From assembly GCA_963750165.1 (NCBI GenBank), contig CAVVPN010000003.1:3360001-3424000 (forward strand): DNA of 64,000 nt, read 5' to 3'. This DNA comes from an uncultured Gemmataceae bacterium. GTDB lineage: Bacteria; Planctomycetota; Planctomycetia; Gemmatales; Gemmataceae. A model generated the notes under the pieces. The model was given only the letters and a program-made list of their open reading frames with translations. It was not told where the DNA came from and did no database searches. Of the stretch, positions 41,761 to 57,000 are shown piece by piece. A program made the position numbers and the translations under genes. Position 1 is the stretch's first letter. Each line of letters starts with the position of its first letter.

Positions 41761-42066
41761 CTTCTCCTCATGGCGCAAGTTTGTCCAGGGCATCGTTCCC
41801 AAAATACATTCTGGACGACGAAAGCCACAGTTGCTGGTTCCGCCGACCGAATCCTGCTCGGGATAACCACCTGGCTGGAAGGTGCGGCCACACTTTCCCG
41901 CCGAGCGATCCGGTCTGGAACATCCCGTCCCTTCCGTGGTGGACGAACTCCAATCCGTTGTTTCTTTCGCCGCCCCCCGCCCCGCCCTCGAGGATGGCGT
42001 GATTACCTGGACCCTTTTTGGCACGAATCTGTGAAAACCCCCCCCTGAAAATCAAGTGAGCTTCCC

Positions 42067-45000
42067 ATGACTCTCTCCACGTGGCGAAAGTTGGTGCATC
42101 TGGTCCGCGAAACCCCGCGCCCGGCCCGCCGTGGCCAGCGCCTGGCGACCGACGACCGTTTCTTCCGCGGCCTCTGGCTCGAGCCGCTCGAAGACCGCAC
42201 CCTCCTCTCGACATTTCAGTGGCTCGGCGGCGGCGCCACTGCGAACTGGAACGACCCCACCAACTGGAATCGGACTGCCGGCACCACCGGCACCTTTCCC
42301 AGCGTCGCTGGCGACATCGCCCGCTTCACCGGCACCTACACGGCGGCGCAGACGGTCACGGTCAACGTGGCGATCACGGTCGGTGAAATCGACTTCGGCA
42401 CCGCCAGCAATGTCACGATTGCCGCCAGCGGCAGCAACCTCCTGACCCTGCAGAACGCCACCGGCAACGCCGTCCTCAACGTCGGCAGCGGTGCCCTCAC
42501 CAACAGCGGCGTCGACCAGATCAACGCCCCGCTGGTCGTCAGCACCACCGACGCCGCCACCAACCCCGCCGCCCTGAGTGCCACCGTCGGCGGCGGCACC
42601 CTGCAACTGACCAACACCGCCACTGGCGCCACCGCCAACGTCCTGGGCTCCACCAGCACCTTCACCGTCAACACCGGCGGCACCCTGCGCGCCAGCGCTG
42701 CCGGCTCCGGCTCGCTGGTGACCGCCAACCTGGTCGATACCGGCGCCCTCGGCAGCGCCGCCGTCAACCTCGCCGGTGGCACCTTCACGCTCGACCCCAC
42801 CGCGTCCACCGCCAGCAACGGCCTGGCCAGCCAGTTCATCGGCACCACCGGCGGCACCCAGGAAAACCTCCTGAACTTTAACGACCCGACGGCGCTCTTG
42901 ACCGGCAGCCCGACCTTCGTGACATCGGCGGCAAGCACCACGGCTGGCCTGGCCAACACCATCAGTTTCGGCACCGCGGGCGGCACCGTGCCCTTCTACG
43001 CCAGCCAGACACAGAACACGAACTTCGGGGTCCGCCTGCAAGGCATGATTAACATCCCCCAGGCCGGCGCGGTCGCGTTCACCTCCAGCAGCGACGACGG
43101 CACCCGGCTGTTCGTCGATGGCACCCTGGTGGTCACCGACGACGGCCCCCACGGGGTGCAGAACCATTCCAACACCATCAACCTGTCCGCGGGCCTGCAC
43201 GACATCCGCCTGGACTTCGCGCAAGGCGGCGGCGGCGACGTGGCCCAGGTCTTCTACACCGTCGGCGGCATCACGCAACCGATCCCCTTCACCGCCCTGT
43301 ACACCCCCGACCCGCTCACGCTGGGCAACGCCGTCACCGTCTCCGCCAACTCCACCATTCAGCTCAATGGCAGCGCCTTCACCGACATCGGCCTGGGCGC
43401 CCTGACCGTCACCGGCAACAGCGCCCTCACCGTGGCCGGGGCCGCGGGCAAACGCCTCAACTTCGCCAGCAGCACCTTCACGGCCGGGGCCACGGGCGTC
43501 ACTACCCAGACCCTGACCGACACCCCGGATGTCAGCCTCGGCGTGGTCACCGCCACGCCGACGTCGCCCGCCACCCTCATCCTGGCCAAGGCCGGTCCCG
43601 GCCAACTCATCCTCGACAACTCGGTGGGCACGGCCAACGCCATCACCGGCACGACCATCGACGTCCAGGCCGGCAATCTGGCGGCCGTGGGCAGCGGCGA
43701 CCCGGCGGCAACCGATCCGCTCGGGTCGGCCTCCCTCATTCTCGACGGCGGTACCCTGACCCTGGACTCCCAGTTCGCCAACCCCACCGTGCCCTTCGAT
43801 AATGCGGTCGCCGTCAACCAGTCCAGCACCATCGTGGCCCCGATGGGCGGGGTGACGGTCGTCCTTGGCAGCGCGGCCAACGGCATCACCATCGCCAGCG
43901 GCAAGACCTTGACGCTCGCCCCCGTCGCCGGCGATCAACAGATTGCGGGTGCCACGCTGCAAATCAACGGCACGATCAGCGGCGCCGGCAGCGTGGTCGT
44001 GACCACCCTGCCCCTGGGAACCGCCCTGCCCCCGGGCGTCTCCTCGACCGCGGCGCTCGGGCTGACCAACACGATTACCGCCTTCGGCGCGACCGTCTAC
44101 ACCGCCAGTGGCTCGGTCGTCCTGGCCAACGCCGCCGCCAACACTTACACCGGCTCGACGGCGATCAACGGGGCCAACCTGGTGGTGCAAGGGCCCGCGG
44201 GCACGGGCGCGCCGACCGCGGCCATGGGCACCCTCACGCTGAACTTCGGCAGCAACCTCATCGTGAACAACGCCGGGACCGTGACGGGCACCACCGGCTT
44301 TGTCGTCAACCCGGGCGTCACGTTCCTCGTCGATGACAGCAGTTCCCCCGTCGCCGATCGGATCGGCGACACCGCGACCTTGACCCTCAATGGCGGCACG
44401 TTCACCTACCTGGCCAACGCCGCCGGCTCCACCGAGACCCTTGGGGCCCTGACCCTGGGTTTCGGCCAGTCCACCATCAACGCGGGAGTGACCGGCGGCG
44501 CCAACTCCACCTTGACCTTCGCCAGCCTGGCCCGCAACCTGGGCGCGACGGTCAACTTCACCGGCGGCGTCAACGGCACCGGCGACAACGTGGTGTTCAC
44601 CACCGCGACCTCCGTGACCGGCCTGCTCCAGGGCGTCGGCATCGGCAACGGTGGTGCCGGCATCCTGCCCTTCGCCGAGGTCAACGGCGGGGCCAACGCG
44701 GGCGATTTCGCCTCCTACAACCAGACCGGCACCATGGGCATCGCCGCCTTCACCGGCTACAACGTCCAGACCTTCAGTGGAGCCGGGCAAGTGACCGCGG
44801 CCGCGACCGACATCGTCCAGATCGAGGTGGGCGCCGGGCCGTCAACGGCGTTCACCATCACCGCGCCCGCCAACAACATCGCCGGCCTGGTGATCAACAA
44901 CACGTCCGGCCAGAACGTCAATTTCGCCCCCCTGCCGGACACCACCCTGAACATCTCCAGCGGCGGCATCATCACGCAAGGCAGCAGCGGCACGGTCACC

Positions 45001-48000
45001 CTCGGGAACAACACCTCCCAGAACAACGTGGCCGTCCCGCTCACGGGCGGCGGCTACTTCAGCCTGGGCAGCGGCACTACGCCGGAAGGCATCCTCTTCC
45101 AGAACGCCAGCGCCAACAACACCACCTTCAACTCGCCCATCGTCGATCCCGCGAGCGGCCATGGCAGCCTGACGATCTCCGGCACCAACACCGTCAGCTT
45201 CCCTGCGCTGAATCTGGGCAGCGCCTTCACGAACACGACCATCAACCAGAACGCCGCCCAGACCCTGACCATTGACCCGGCGGCCACCGGCGGCACCTTC
45301 AAGCTCACGTTCAACGGGCAGACCACGGCCCCCATCCTCTACGTGCCCGCGACCCCGGCCACCACGGCCACCAACATCCAGAACGCGCTCAACGCGCTGC
45401 CCGGCGTCGGCCGCGACGCGGTTGGCAACAACAACTTCACCGTCTCGACCACCTTCGCGGCCGCCGGCAGCAACGAAGTCTTCGTCATCACCTTCATCAA
45501 CCAGCTGGGCGGCCAAAACTTCCCGGAGATGACGGTGGACACCTCCGGCCTGGTGGGCGCCACTCCCGCCAACAGCTCGGTGGTCACGACGATCAACGGC
45601 GGCCAGGCGGACACGTACACGGGCACCACCACGATCAACGCGGGCACCACCATCATTCAGAACAACCGGAACTTCGGCAGCGGCCCGCTGGTCCTCAATG
45701 GCGGCACCCTGCAGAGTTCGGGCACCACGGGCACGGGCTCCGGCAACGTCCTGAACAACCCCACCACCATTAACGGCCCGGTCACCCTGACCACCAACAA
45801 CGGCCCCAACGTCGGCCTGACCGGCAACACCAGCAGCGCCAACGCCACCTGGACGTTCGCGGGCCCCATCACGCTGGCGCCCACCAACCGCCTCACGGTC
45901 AACGGCGGCAACAGCCCCGTGGCCTTCACTGGCGTCGTCAGCGGCGCGCAGTTGTACATGGCCGGCGGCAACAGCGCCACCAGCGGCTTGCAACTGCTCA
46001 ACCCCGGCAACACCTTCGCCGGCACCACCCTGGCCGGCGGCACCATCACCGTGGGCGCGGCCGGCGCTGCGGCGCGGGCACCCTCACCCTGGCGGGCGGC
46101 AGCCTGGACTCCTTCGCCGACGTGACCCTCGCCAACCCGGTCGCGTTCGCCCCTGGCGTCACCAGCGTCATCAGCGGCAGCAATAATCTCAACCTGGCCG
46201 GTCCGATCGTCCTGTCGGGCGTGGGTTTGCTGAGCGTCACGAACACCGCCATGACCACCCTTTCCGGGGCCATCAGCGGCCCCGGTTACCTGACCATGTC
46301 GGGCTCCGGCACTCTCAGCCTGGCGGCCAGCGCCAACACCTTGGGCGGCATCGCCGTGGTCGGCGGCACGCTCGTGCTGCCCAGCGCGGCGGCCCTGGGC
46401 ACCGGGTCGCTGGGCCTGGGTGGCGGCACGCTCCTGGCCTCCGGCCCGCTCTCGCTCGCCAACCCCCTGCTCCTGACCGGCACCAGCTCCCTGGCCGGCA
46501 GCAACGCTCTGACCTTCACCGGCACGACCACCCTGGAGGGGAACACCACGCTCAACGTGGCCAACTCGACCACCCTGAGTGGGGTCGTCGGCGAGGTCGG
46601 CGGGTCCAGGTCGTTGACCGCGGCCGGCAGCGGCACGCTGTCGCTGGCCGGCGCCAACACTTTTTCCGGCGGCTTCAACCTGAGCACCCCGGTCACGTCG
46701 TCCGCCCCGGGCCTGCTCGCCATGTACTACGACCTGGCCTTCTCCCCCACGAGCCTGGCCAGCGTCAACTACAACGCCACGCCCAACGCCACCCGCGTCG
46801 AGGCGTCGATCAGCTACCCCAACATCCTTACCTCCTTACCCGCCGGCATCAACCAAACCAACATCGCCGCCCAGTGGGTGGGCCTGCTCAACATCGTCCA
46901 GGCCGGCACGTACGTCTTTGACACCAACAACGACGACGGCGCCGGGACCTACGTGGACGGCGTCGCGGTGGCCGTGCTTGACCGCCTCGCCGGCTTCAAC
47001 GCCACGCCGGCGGCCGGCGCCCCGATCTTCCTGTCGGCGGGCCTGCACACCTTCCGCACGCTCTTCTACCAGGCCGGCGGCGGCGCCGGCGTTGTCGTCC
47101 GCTACACCGGCCCGGACACCGGCGGCAACCCCCAGGTCGTCGCGGCCCAGACCACCCCAGGCGGCCCCGGGTTGGTCACGCCCCAGGCCACGGCCGTGGG
47201 CAAGCCCACCGTCGTGGTGGGCACCAACACCTCCCTGGGGACCGGGCCGGTGGCGCTCAACGCCGGCGTGCTCCAGGCGAGCAGCGCGGTCACCCTCGCC
47301 AACCCCCTCGCCGTCAACAGCGCCCCGAGCGCCCCGGTGACGTTCGCGGGCAGCGCCATCACCTTCACCAGCCCGCTCAGCGTGGCGAGCGGCATCGGGG
47401 TGGCGGCCAACAACACGACCACCTTCACCGGCGCCATTACCGGGCCCACCACCGCCACCGCCGGTTCGTTCGTCACGGGTTTCGGCGGCGACGGCACGGG
47501 CTGGACGTTCAACAGCGCCGGCATCGGCGGCACGCCGGTCACCACCGACATGCTCACGCTCACCGACGGCGCCAACGGCGAGTCCCGGAGTGCGTTTTTC
47601 AACACGCAGGTGCAGCCGACGGGCGGCTTCACGGTGGCCTTCACCTACACGCCCGGCGGCAGTCTGGGAGCCGACGGCACGACCTTCACCCTGCAGAACG
47701 ACCCGCGCGGCACCGCCGCCCTGGGGGGAGGCGGCGGCAGCTTCGGCTACAACGGCATCATCAATAGTGTCGCGGTCGAGTTGAACATCTACACGGGGGC
47801 GGCCGGCGGCATCGGCACGGCCCTCGGCACCGCGGCCACCCCGATCCCCGCCGCCACCCCCGTCACCCCCGTCACCCTGAACAGCGGCGACCCGATCAGC
47901 GTTATCCTGGTCTACAACGCCAGTGCCCAGACGATCACCGAAACCCTGACGGATTCGATCGCCAGCACCACCAAGACCACCACGTTCGGCGGCGTCAACC

Positions 48001-51000
48001 TGTTGAGTCTCCTGGGCAGCACCAGCGCCTACATGGGCTTCACCGGCGCCACCGGCGGAGCCAACTCCATCCAAACCGTCAGCAATTTCGTCTACGTGCC
48101 GACAACGACCGTGCCCACCATTGGCCTGACCCAGGGGGGCACGGGCAACCTGGTGTTGACCGCCGCCAACACTTTCCCCGGCACCGTCACCGTCGGGAAC
48201 GGCACCTTGACCCTGAGCGGCAACGGCGCCTTGACTGCGGCGCCCGCCGCGAGCGCCGTCCAGACCCTGGTCTTCGGCGCCAACGTCACCGGCGGCACGT
48301 TCACGCTCACCTTCAACGGCCAGACCACGGCCCCGATCACCTGGGACCCGACCCCCGCCACCCTCGTCAGCAACATCCAGGCCGCCCTCAACGCGCTATC
48401 CACCATCGGTACGGGCAACACCCTGGTCGCCGGCACCGGGCCGTTCACCATCACCTTCCAGAACGCCCTGGCCAACCGCAGCGTCCCGACGATGACGTTT
48501 GACGCCACGAACCTGACCGGCGACACGATCCAGTTGCTCATCACCGTGACCCCCGGCGCCAGCGGCCTCCCCGCGGTAGCCGTCAACCAGGGCGGCACCC
48601 TGACCCTGGACAACACCGGCACCAACAACACCGACCGCATCGCCAACAGCGCCCCCATTACCCTCAGCGGCGGCACCCTCAACTTCCTGGGCAACGCCAC
48701 GGCCGCCTCGACCGAGACCGTGGGCGCCCTTACCCTGGGGGCGGGCACTTCAACGGTGAACACGACGCCGGGCACCGGCCAAACCGCTGCCCTGACCTTC
48801 GCGAGCCTGACACGCGCTGTCGGCTCGGGCGGCGCCGTCAACTTCACCGGCACGGGGCTGGGCGGTGCCAGCAACAAGGTGCTGTTCACGACCGCGCCCA
48901 CCCTGACCAGCGGCCTGCTGCCCTACGCCACAGTCAACGGCACCGAGCTGGCGAGCTACACGGCGGCGAACGGCGCCCAGACCTACACCGCCAGCGGCGG
49001 CACCTACAAGACGACGGTCACGGCCTCCACCGCCGCCACCGACAACGTCAACCTCGCGTCCAACGACACGGTCACGGCCAGCAAGACCATCAACTCGCTG
49101 ACGATCACCGGCGACCGCACCTTGACCATCAACCCGGGCGTGACCCTGACCGTCACCAGCGGCGCGCTCCTCGTCACCGGCACCACCGCCGGCGCCCAGA
49201 TCACGGGCGGCGGCACCCTGGTGCTGGGCCAGGCCATCATCACCACGGCCGCCGGCTCCATCCTGACCGTCAACACGCCACTGAGCGGCACCAACCTGAC
49301 TCTGGCGGGCAGCGGCACCGTCAACCTGCCGACGGCCAACGCCTTCACGGGCTCGACCACCCTGGCCGGCGCCACGCTGAACCTGGGCGACGTCAAGGCC
49401 ATCGGCGCCGGCGGCCTGGCGCTGGTGAGCGGTACCCTGACGGCCACCGCCACCGGCGGCCTGCTGCTGACCAACCCGCTGACGTTCAACAACAGCGTCG
49501 TCACCCTGGGCGGCACCAACCCGCTGCTGTTCTCCGGGGCGGCCAACCTGCTGGGCACCAACAACACGCTGACCGTGACCAACACGGCGGCCACCGTGCT
49601 CGATGGCGTGGTGGGCGGGGCGGCGAACTTGACCAAGGCGGGTCCGGGTACGCTGGTGCTGGCAGGCGCCAACACCTTCACGGGCCAGACCAACGTCAAC
49701 GCCGGCATCCTGCAGGCGCAGAGCGGCGCCGCCCTGGGGAGCGTGGTCGTGGTTGCCGCAGGCGCCAGCGTGCAGGTGCTGGGGTCGGGCCTGACCATCG
49801 CCAGCTCGATCTTCCTCAACGGCACCGGGGTCAACGGCGCCGGGGCCCTGGAGAACCTGGGCGGCGGCAACAATACCTGGTCGGGCGGCATCACGCTCCT
49901 CTCGGCCGCCACCATCAGCATCGACGCCGGCACCACGCTCACCGTCCCGGGCCTGGCCGGCCCCGGCGATTTCACCAAGGTGGGGGCCGGAACGCTGGTT
50001 ATCACCAGCTCCAGTACCTACACGGGCCAGACCAACATCAACCAGGGCGTGGTCAATGTGCAGAACGGCCTCGCCCTGGGTCTGCCTACCGGCGCCGTCA
50101 TGGTCAACACCGGCGCCGTCCAGAACCTGGCCTTCACCGGCGCCCCCACCGGCGGCACCTTCGTCCTGAACGTCAACGGCACCAACACCGCGGCCATCAC
50201 GTACAGCACGACCTTCAGCACGCTGCAGGCGAACATCAGCGCCGCGCTGGCCGCGCTGCCGGCCATCGGCTCAGCCGCCAACGTCGCCGTCAGCGGCACC
50301 GCGCGCAGCGTCGTCATCACCTTCCAGGGGACGCTGGCCGGCGCCTCCTGGGCGGCCATCACCGTTACCACCAACAGCCTGACCGGCGGCACCGCCCCGG
50401 GCATCCTGGTCACCACCAACAGCGCCAGCCTGCAGCTACAAAACACCATCACGGTTCCCGGCAAGAACATCACGCTCAACGGCCCCGGCTTCGGCTTCGC
50501 CGGCGGGCTGCCGCAGGGCGCCCTCGTCAACCAGGCCAACAACAACAGCTGGACCGGCGACATCACGCTGGCCAACGGCGCCATGATCGGCGGCGTGTCC
50601 GGCACCACGCTGACCGTCGGCGGCGTCGTCAGCGGCACCGACCTGACCAAGGTGGGCGCCGACGCCGTGATCCTGCTCGGGAGCAACACCTTTACCGGCA
50701 ACCTCACCGTCAACGCCGGCGTCCTGACCCTGTCCAACGCCAACGCCTATACCGGGGCCACCACCGTCAATTACGCGGCCATCGGCGGCACCGCCGCCAC
50801 CGGCAGCAGCCAGATCGCCGGCACCACCTTCGGCGCCACCGCGCTGGTCCTGAACAACTTCGGCACCATCCTGAACAGCAGCAGCATCACCCTGAACGGC
50901 GCGGTCAATCCGGTCAACACCCTCAATGTGAACAACAGGGTCGGCGGCACGTTGACGCTGGACAACACGGCGTACAACCTGGTCGATAACGGCACCACGA

Positions 51001-54000
51001 ACCAGGGCCGCCTGGGCAACACCACGCCGATCAACATGAACGGCGGCACGCTCAACTTCGCGGCGGCCATCAACCCGGGCGTCGCCTCGGCGGAGACGCT
51101 CGGCCCCGTGACGCTGGCCGGCGGCCAGTCGCTGATCCGCACCGGCTACATGACCGTCTTCGGGGCCAGCGGCGCCTCGAGCCTCGGCTTCACGGTCCAG
51201 CCAGCCGGCGCCACCTCGACGCTCACCTTCTCCAGCCTGGCGCGGAACCCCGGCGCCACCGTCAATTTCGACGGCGGCGTCAACAACTACACGCCGATCA
51301 ACACCACGAGCAACCAGATCGTCGTCACCGCGCCCCTGGCCGCAGCGATGAAGTTCGTCGGCCACCAGGGCACCATCCTGCCGTTCGCCGAGGTGGGCGG
51401 CGGCCTCAACGCCGGTGACCTCGCCGGCGTCACCACCACGGCCGGCGTCACCAACATCGTGCCGTTCACCAACTACCTGGTCCAGACGGTGGCCAACAAC
51501 GGCGGCTTCCCCAACCCCGTCGTCCTGACCGGCGGCCCGCTCGACATCGTCAAGTTGGTGTCCAACGGCAGCGGCGTGGACATCGCCGCGGTCAACGGGG
51601 CCACCGAGGTCGGCACGACCGCGACCATTACCACGACGACGCCACATGGCTTCGTGGTCGGCCAGATTGTCAACATCAACAACGTCAGCCTGAACGGCGC
51701 GGCGGTCGGCACCTACAACGGTCAGTTCACCATCACGTCCGTGCCCAGCCCCACGACCTTTACCATCACGACCGGCACTGCGAACACGGCTCCCGCGGGT
51801 GGCGGCGCCGTTTCCGCCACGACGGGCACGGGCTCCGGCATTATCGTCAACGCCGCCTTCAACCAGACGATCGGCGCCCTGGTCATGGCCAACAACGTTG
51901 TCGCCAACCCCACCGCCAACTCGATCCCACTGCAGATCAACACCAACGGCTCCTTCTCGGTGGCTTCCGGGGCCTACATCTTCACGAGCACCTCGGGGTT
52001 GCAGGCCAACGTGGTCAACATCCAGGCCAGCGCCACCAGCCCGATCGTCCTGCCCGGGGAGACCTACCTCTTCCAGAACAGCACGGGCAACGTGAACTTC
52101 GGCAACAACACCGGCTTTACCGGGACCGCCATCACCGGGCCCGGCAGCCTGGACATCGCCGGCACCAACAACGTGTTCCTCGGCAACAACACCACCAACA
52201 CCTACACCGGCGGCACCTACATCAACTCGGGCACCGTCATCAACCAGAACAGCGCCAATTTCGGCACCGGGGCGATCACCTTCACGGGCGGCATTTTCCA
52301 GACCAACAACAACCCAACCGTTTTCAGCAACGCCCTGAACCTCAACGGCAGCCAGGTGTTCACCAACAACCCGGTGGTCTTCACCGGCGCGATCACCCTG
52401 ACCAACAACGACGTCCTCAATTACACCAACCAGGTGTACCTCAACGGCAGCATCGGCGAGAGCGGCGGATCCAGGTCGTTGACCGTGGCCGGCACCAGCG
52501 CTACCACCCTGATCCTCAACAACGCCAACACCTTCACGGGCGGGACCATCCTGGCGACCACCACCAACTTCTTGCAGGTCAACAACCCGAACGCGCTGGG
52601 CACCGGCACCTTCACACTGACGAGCGGCGTGCTGGGCACCACACAGAACGTCGGCGCCAACAACTCCGTGACGATTCCCAACGCCGTGCTGCTCCCCAAC
52701 ACCTCGGTGACGGTCAACAGCATCGTCCAGGGCGTGAACGTCAACTTCGCCGGCCCGACCACGCTCGTCGGCAACAACACGCTCAACCTGAGCAGCTCCG
52801 GCACGACGGCCTTCACCGGTGGCGTCGTCGGCTCCGGCGCGCTGACCATGGGGGGCAGCGGTGTCCTCCAGCTGCCGACGGCCAACTGGTTCACGGGCGG
52901 ATTCGCCCTGAACGGGACGACCACCGTGCTCGGCAGCAACGCCGCCCTCGGGACTGGCCCGGTCAGCCTCGGCGGCGGCACCCTGACCGACTCCGCCCCG
53001 ATCACGCTGGCCAATGCCGTGGTGGTCTCGGGCACAAGCGCGGGTACCCTCGCCGGCACCAGCGCCATCACGTTTACGGGTTCCACCACCCTCCTGTCCT
53101 CCACCACGCTCACGGTGAACAACTCGGCCGGCGTGACCTTCAGTGGGGTCGTGGGGGAGGCCGGCGGGTCGAAAGCGCTCACCCTGGCCGGAACCGGCGC
53201 GGTGTCGCTCCTGGACGCCAACTATTTTTCCGCCGGTTTCAACCTGAACAATGTCGGCAGCCTGGGGGTGCTGGCCCAGTTCTACAACCTGAGTTTCGGC
53301 CCCGGAGGCGGTGCGCTGGTCGGCCCTCCCAACGGGACGCAAACGGTCTTCTTCAACCAGCTGACCCCGGTCTTCTCACGCATCGACAGCAGCATCAACT
53401 ACCCGAACAACGGCAACGGCTTCGGCAGCACCGTCTCCGGCGCCACCGGCAACTCGGCCACGCTGCCCGCGAGCGTGAATCCGTTCATGGTGGCCGCCCA
53501 GTTCAGCGGCAGCCTGAACATTGCCACGGGCGGCAGCTACACCTTCACCACGAGTAGCGACGACAACAGCGACCTCTATATCGACGGCGTCCTGGTGGTC
53601 AACAACGACTTCAACCAGGGCAACACCGCCCGGTCGAGCACCGTGACCCTGGCCGCCGGGCCGCACACCTTCCTGGCGCAGTACATCAATAACGGCGGCG
53701 GCGCCGCGATGACCGTCAATTATTCAGGGCCGGACACCGGCAACGCTTCGATCCTCATCCCGGCCGCCACCTCCCTCACCGGCCCGGGCTTGGTGACGGC
53801 AGGCGCGGCGAGCAACACCCTGCTGACCCTGGGCAACAATGCCGCCCTGGGGAGTGGCGCGGTGAACTTCACCTCGGGTGTGGTGACGGCTTCCGCCCCC
53901 CTCACCATCACCAACCCCGTTACCTTCTCGTCCAGCTCCTCCACCGCGAACGCCATCCCGCTGGCCTTCGCCGGCAGCCCGATCACCATCACCAGCAATG

Positions 54001-57000
54001 TCAACCTCACAAACGATGTCGTGCTGTCGGTCAACAACACCACCACCCTGTCCGGCGTCGTCTCGGGCACCGGTTCGCTGACCCTGGGCGTCCCGGGCGG
54101 CCTGGTCGCCGGCTCCACCACCCTTGCCGGCACCGGCAACCTGGTGCTCACCGCGGCCGAGACCTACACCGGTTCCACAACGGTCAACGCCGGCACCCTG
54201 ACTCTGAGCGGCGGCGGCGCCCTGACGGCGACCTCGGGCGGCACCAGTGCCGTGCAGACGTTGACCTTCAACCCGGCAGTGACCGGCGGCACCTTCACGC
54301 TCACGTTCGCTGGCCAGACCACGTCCCCGATCAGCTGGGATCCGACCCCCGCCAACCTCGTCAGCAACATCCAGGCAGGCCTCGACGGGCTGTCCACCAT
54401 CGGCGCGGGCAACACCCTGGTTGCGGGCACCGGCCCGGCCTACACCATCACGTTCCAGAGCTCCCTCGCCAACGCCAACGTGCCGACGCTGGCGTTCAAC
54501 GGCTCAGCCCTCACGGGCGCCGGCATCCTGTCGCTGGCCACCACCACCACGGGCGGCGCCGCGGTTAACGTCAACCAGGGCGGCACCCTGACCCTGGACA
54601 ACACCGGCACCAATAGCCTCGACCGCATCAACGACACCGCCGGCGTGACCCTCAACGGCGGCACCCTCAGCTACCTGAGCAACGCCAACGCCGCCTCGAC
54701 CGAGACCCTCGGAGCGCTCGCGCTGGGCGCCGGCAACTCCACCATCTCCTCCACGGTGACCACGGGCGGCAGCGGGGCCGCCGCCACCCTGACGTTCGCT
54801 TCCCTCACCCGCAACTCCGGCGCGACGGTCAACTTCGTCGGCGTCAACACGGCGCTGAGCGGCGCCGGCGCCAACCAGGTCGTGTTCACCACTACCCCGA
54901 CGACGACGACCGTCACCGGCGGCAACATCCTGCCCTACGCCACCGTCACCGGCCCGACCGGCTCGTTCGACTTCGCCTCCGCGGCGACCGCCAACATCGT
55001 CCCGTTCGCCGCCTACACCACTGCCGGCATCAACGGCTCCACCTCGGCCAACGATGTCGTCAAGGTGACGGCGAACGACACGCTGACCGGCGCCAAGACG
55101 GTGGCCGCCGTCCTGCTCAGCGGCAACGGCCTCACGGTCAGCGGCGCCTTCCCGCTCACCCTGGGGACCGGTGCGCTGCTGACCACGGGCACCACGACCA
55201 GCGGCGACACCATCTCGGTCGCCGGCCTGACTCTGGGCAGTACGGAAGGGATCGTCAACAACAACACCACGCCGGCCAGTGGCGCCAGCCTCACGATCAA
55301 CAGCGCCATCACCGGGACCGGCGGTTTCACCGTCGGCGGCAACGGGACGCTGGCGCTGGGTGGGGCCAACAGCCTCTCCGGGACGACCACCCTGAACGGC
55401 GGCACCCTGTCCCTGGCCAACCTCAACGCCCTCGGCGGCGGCAGCACCCTGAACCTGGTCGCGGGCACCATGCAGGGCGCCAGCACCTTGCCGGCGGGCA
55501 CCACCCTGACCGTGACCAACCCAGTGTCACTCACGAACAGCATGGTGAGCTTCGCCGGCACGGTGCCGCTCATCTTCAGCGGCACCGTCACCCTCAACGG
55601 CTTCACGGACGTGGTCTCGGCGGCCATCGCGGGCGGCGGCACCACCTTCTCCGGCATGGTCACCGGCGCGGCCAACCTGACCAAGCAAGGCACGGGGACG
55701 CTGTACCTCACCAACGCCCAGGGGTTCATCAGCAACTACACCGGCCAGACCAACATCAACGCCGGCATTGTCAATGTCCAGAGCAGCAGCGCCCTCGGCG
55801 CCAGTTCCAGTGTGGTCGTGGCCAATGGCGCCACGCTCCAGACCCAGCAGAAAGCCGTCCCGGTCAATAACGTCCAGACCGTCACCATTACCGGCCTGCC
55901 CACCGGCGGCAACTTCACGCTGGCCTTCAACGGGCAGCAAACGGCCAACATCGCCTTCAACGCCACCGCGGCGACGATCCAGACCGCCCTCCAGGCACTT
56001 TCGTCGATCGGGGCGAACAATGTCCTGGTTACCGGCAGCGCTCCGGGGCCTTTCTTCGTCACCTTCACCGGCGCCCTGGCTGGAGCGCCGCAACCCGCGC
56101 TCACCTTCACGAACCTGTTCGGCAACGTCGGCGTCAACCCGACGGTGGTGATTGTCGATGGCACCTCCGTGCAGTTGTCGCAATCGCTGGTCCTCAACGG
56201 CAGCGGCGTCGGCGGCAACGGCGCCCTGGAGAACGTGTACGGCAACAACTACGTGTTCGGCAACGTCTCGATGCTCACGCCGGCCACCATCGGTGTTGAT
56301 GAGGGCACCCTGACCCAGAGTGCCGGCAGCATCGGCGGGGTGGGCGACCTGACCAAGGTGGGCGGCGGCACCCTGGCGCTGACGGGGACCAACACCTATC
56401 TCGGCCAGACCAACATCACCAACGGCATCGTCCAGGTGAACACCAGCGCCTTTGCCCTGGGCTCGGTCGCCGGCAGCACTGTGGTCAACGCCGGGGCCAC
56501 GCTCCAGATCACCGGGACCGCGCCCATCAACACCTCCAATAATCCTGGGACCGGCTTTGTCTTCGGTGCGGAAACCCTCGTGCTCAACGGCACCGGCTAC
56601 GCTGGCGCCAATCTCGCCGGCGCCCTGGTCGTCGCTCCCTCGGTGCAGGGCATCCTCTCCACCAACTTGCAAGCCAACATCGTCCTGAACCCGGGCGCCA
56701 CGATCGGCGTCAATTCCGGCGTCAACCTCAACGCGACGGGCGTCATCAGCGGTTCGGGCGATCTGACCAAGGTCGGCACCGGCATCTTGAACCTGCAAGC
56801 GGGCGAGACCTACACCGGCAACACCGTGGTCGATGCCGGGCAGCTGGTGCTGCAGGTGGCCGGCAGCGCCCTGAATTCGTCCGGCTTCATTGTCAATCCG
56901 AACGCCTTTTTGCTGCTGGACAATAACGGCATGAGCGCCGTGATGCAGCAGGGGACCACGGCGGTGGCGGGCGGCACGCTCTTCTCCGTCAACATGACCA

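Noticed and set aside
40721..42214. Short ORFs in the intergenic region before the giant gene
   Set aside because: No RBS, codon bias or recognisable motifs; they overlap repeats and promoter-like DNA.
46060..46125. Programmed ribosomal frameshift
   Set aside because: No slippery heptamer or homopolymer; other single-base indels in the window point to assembly error.
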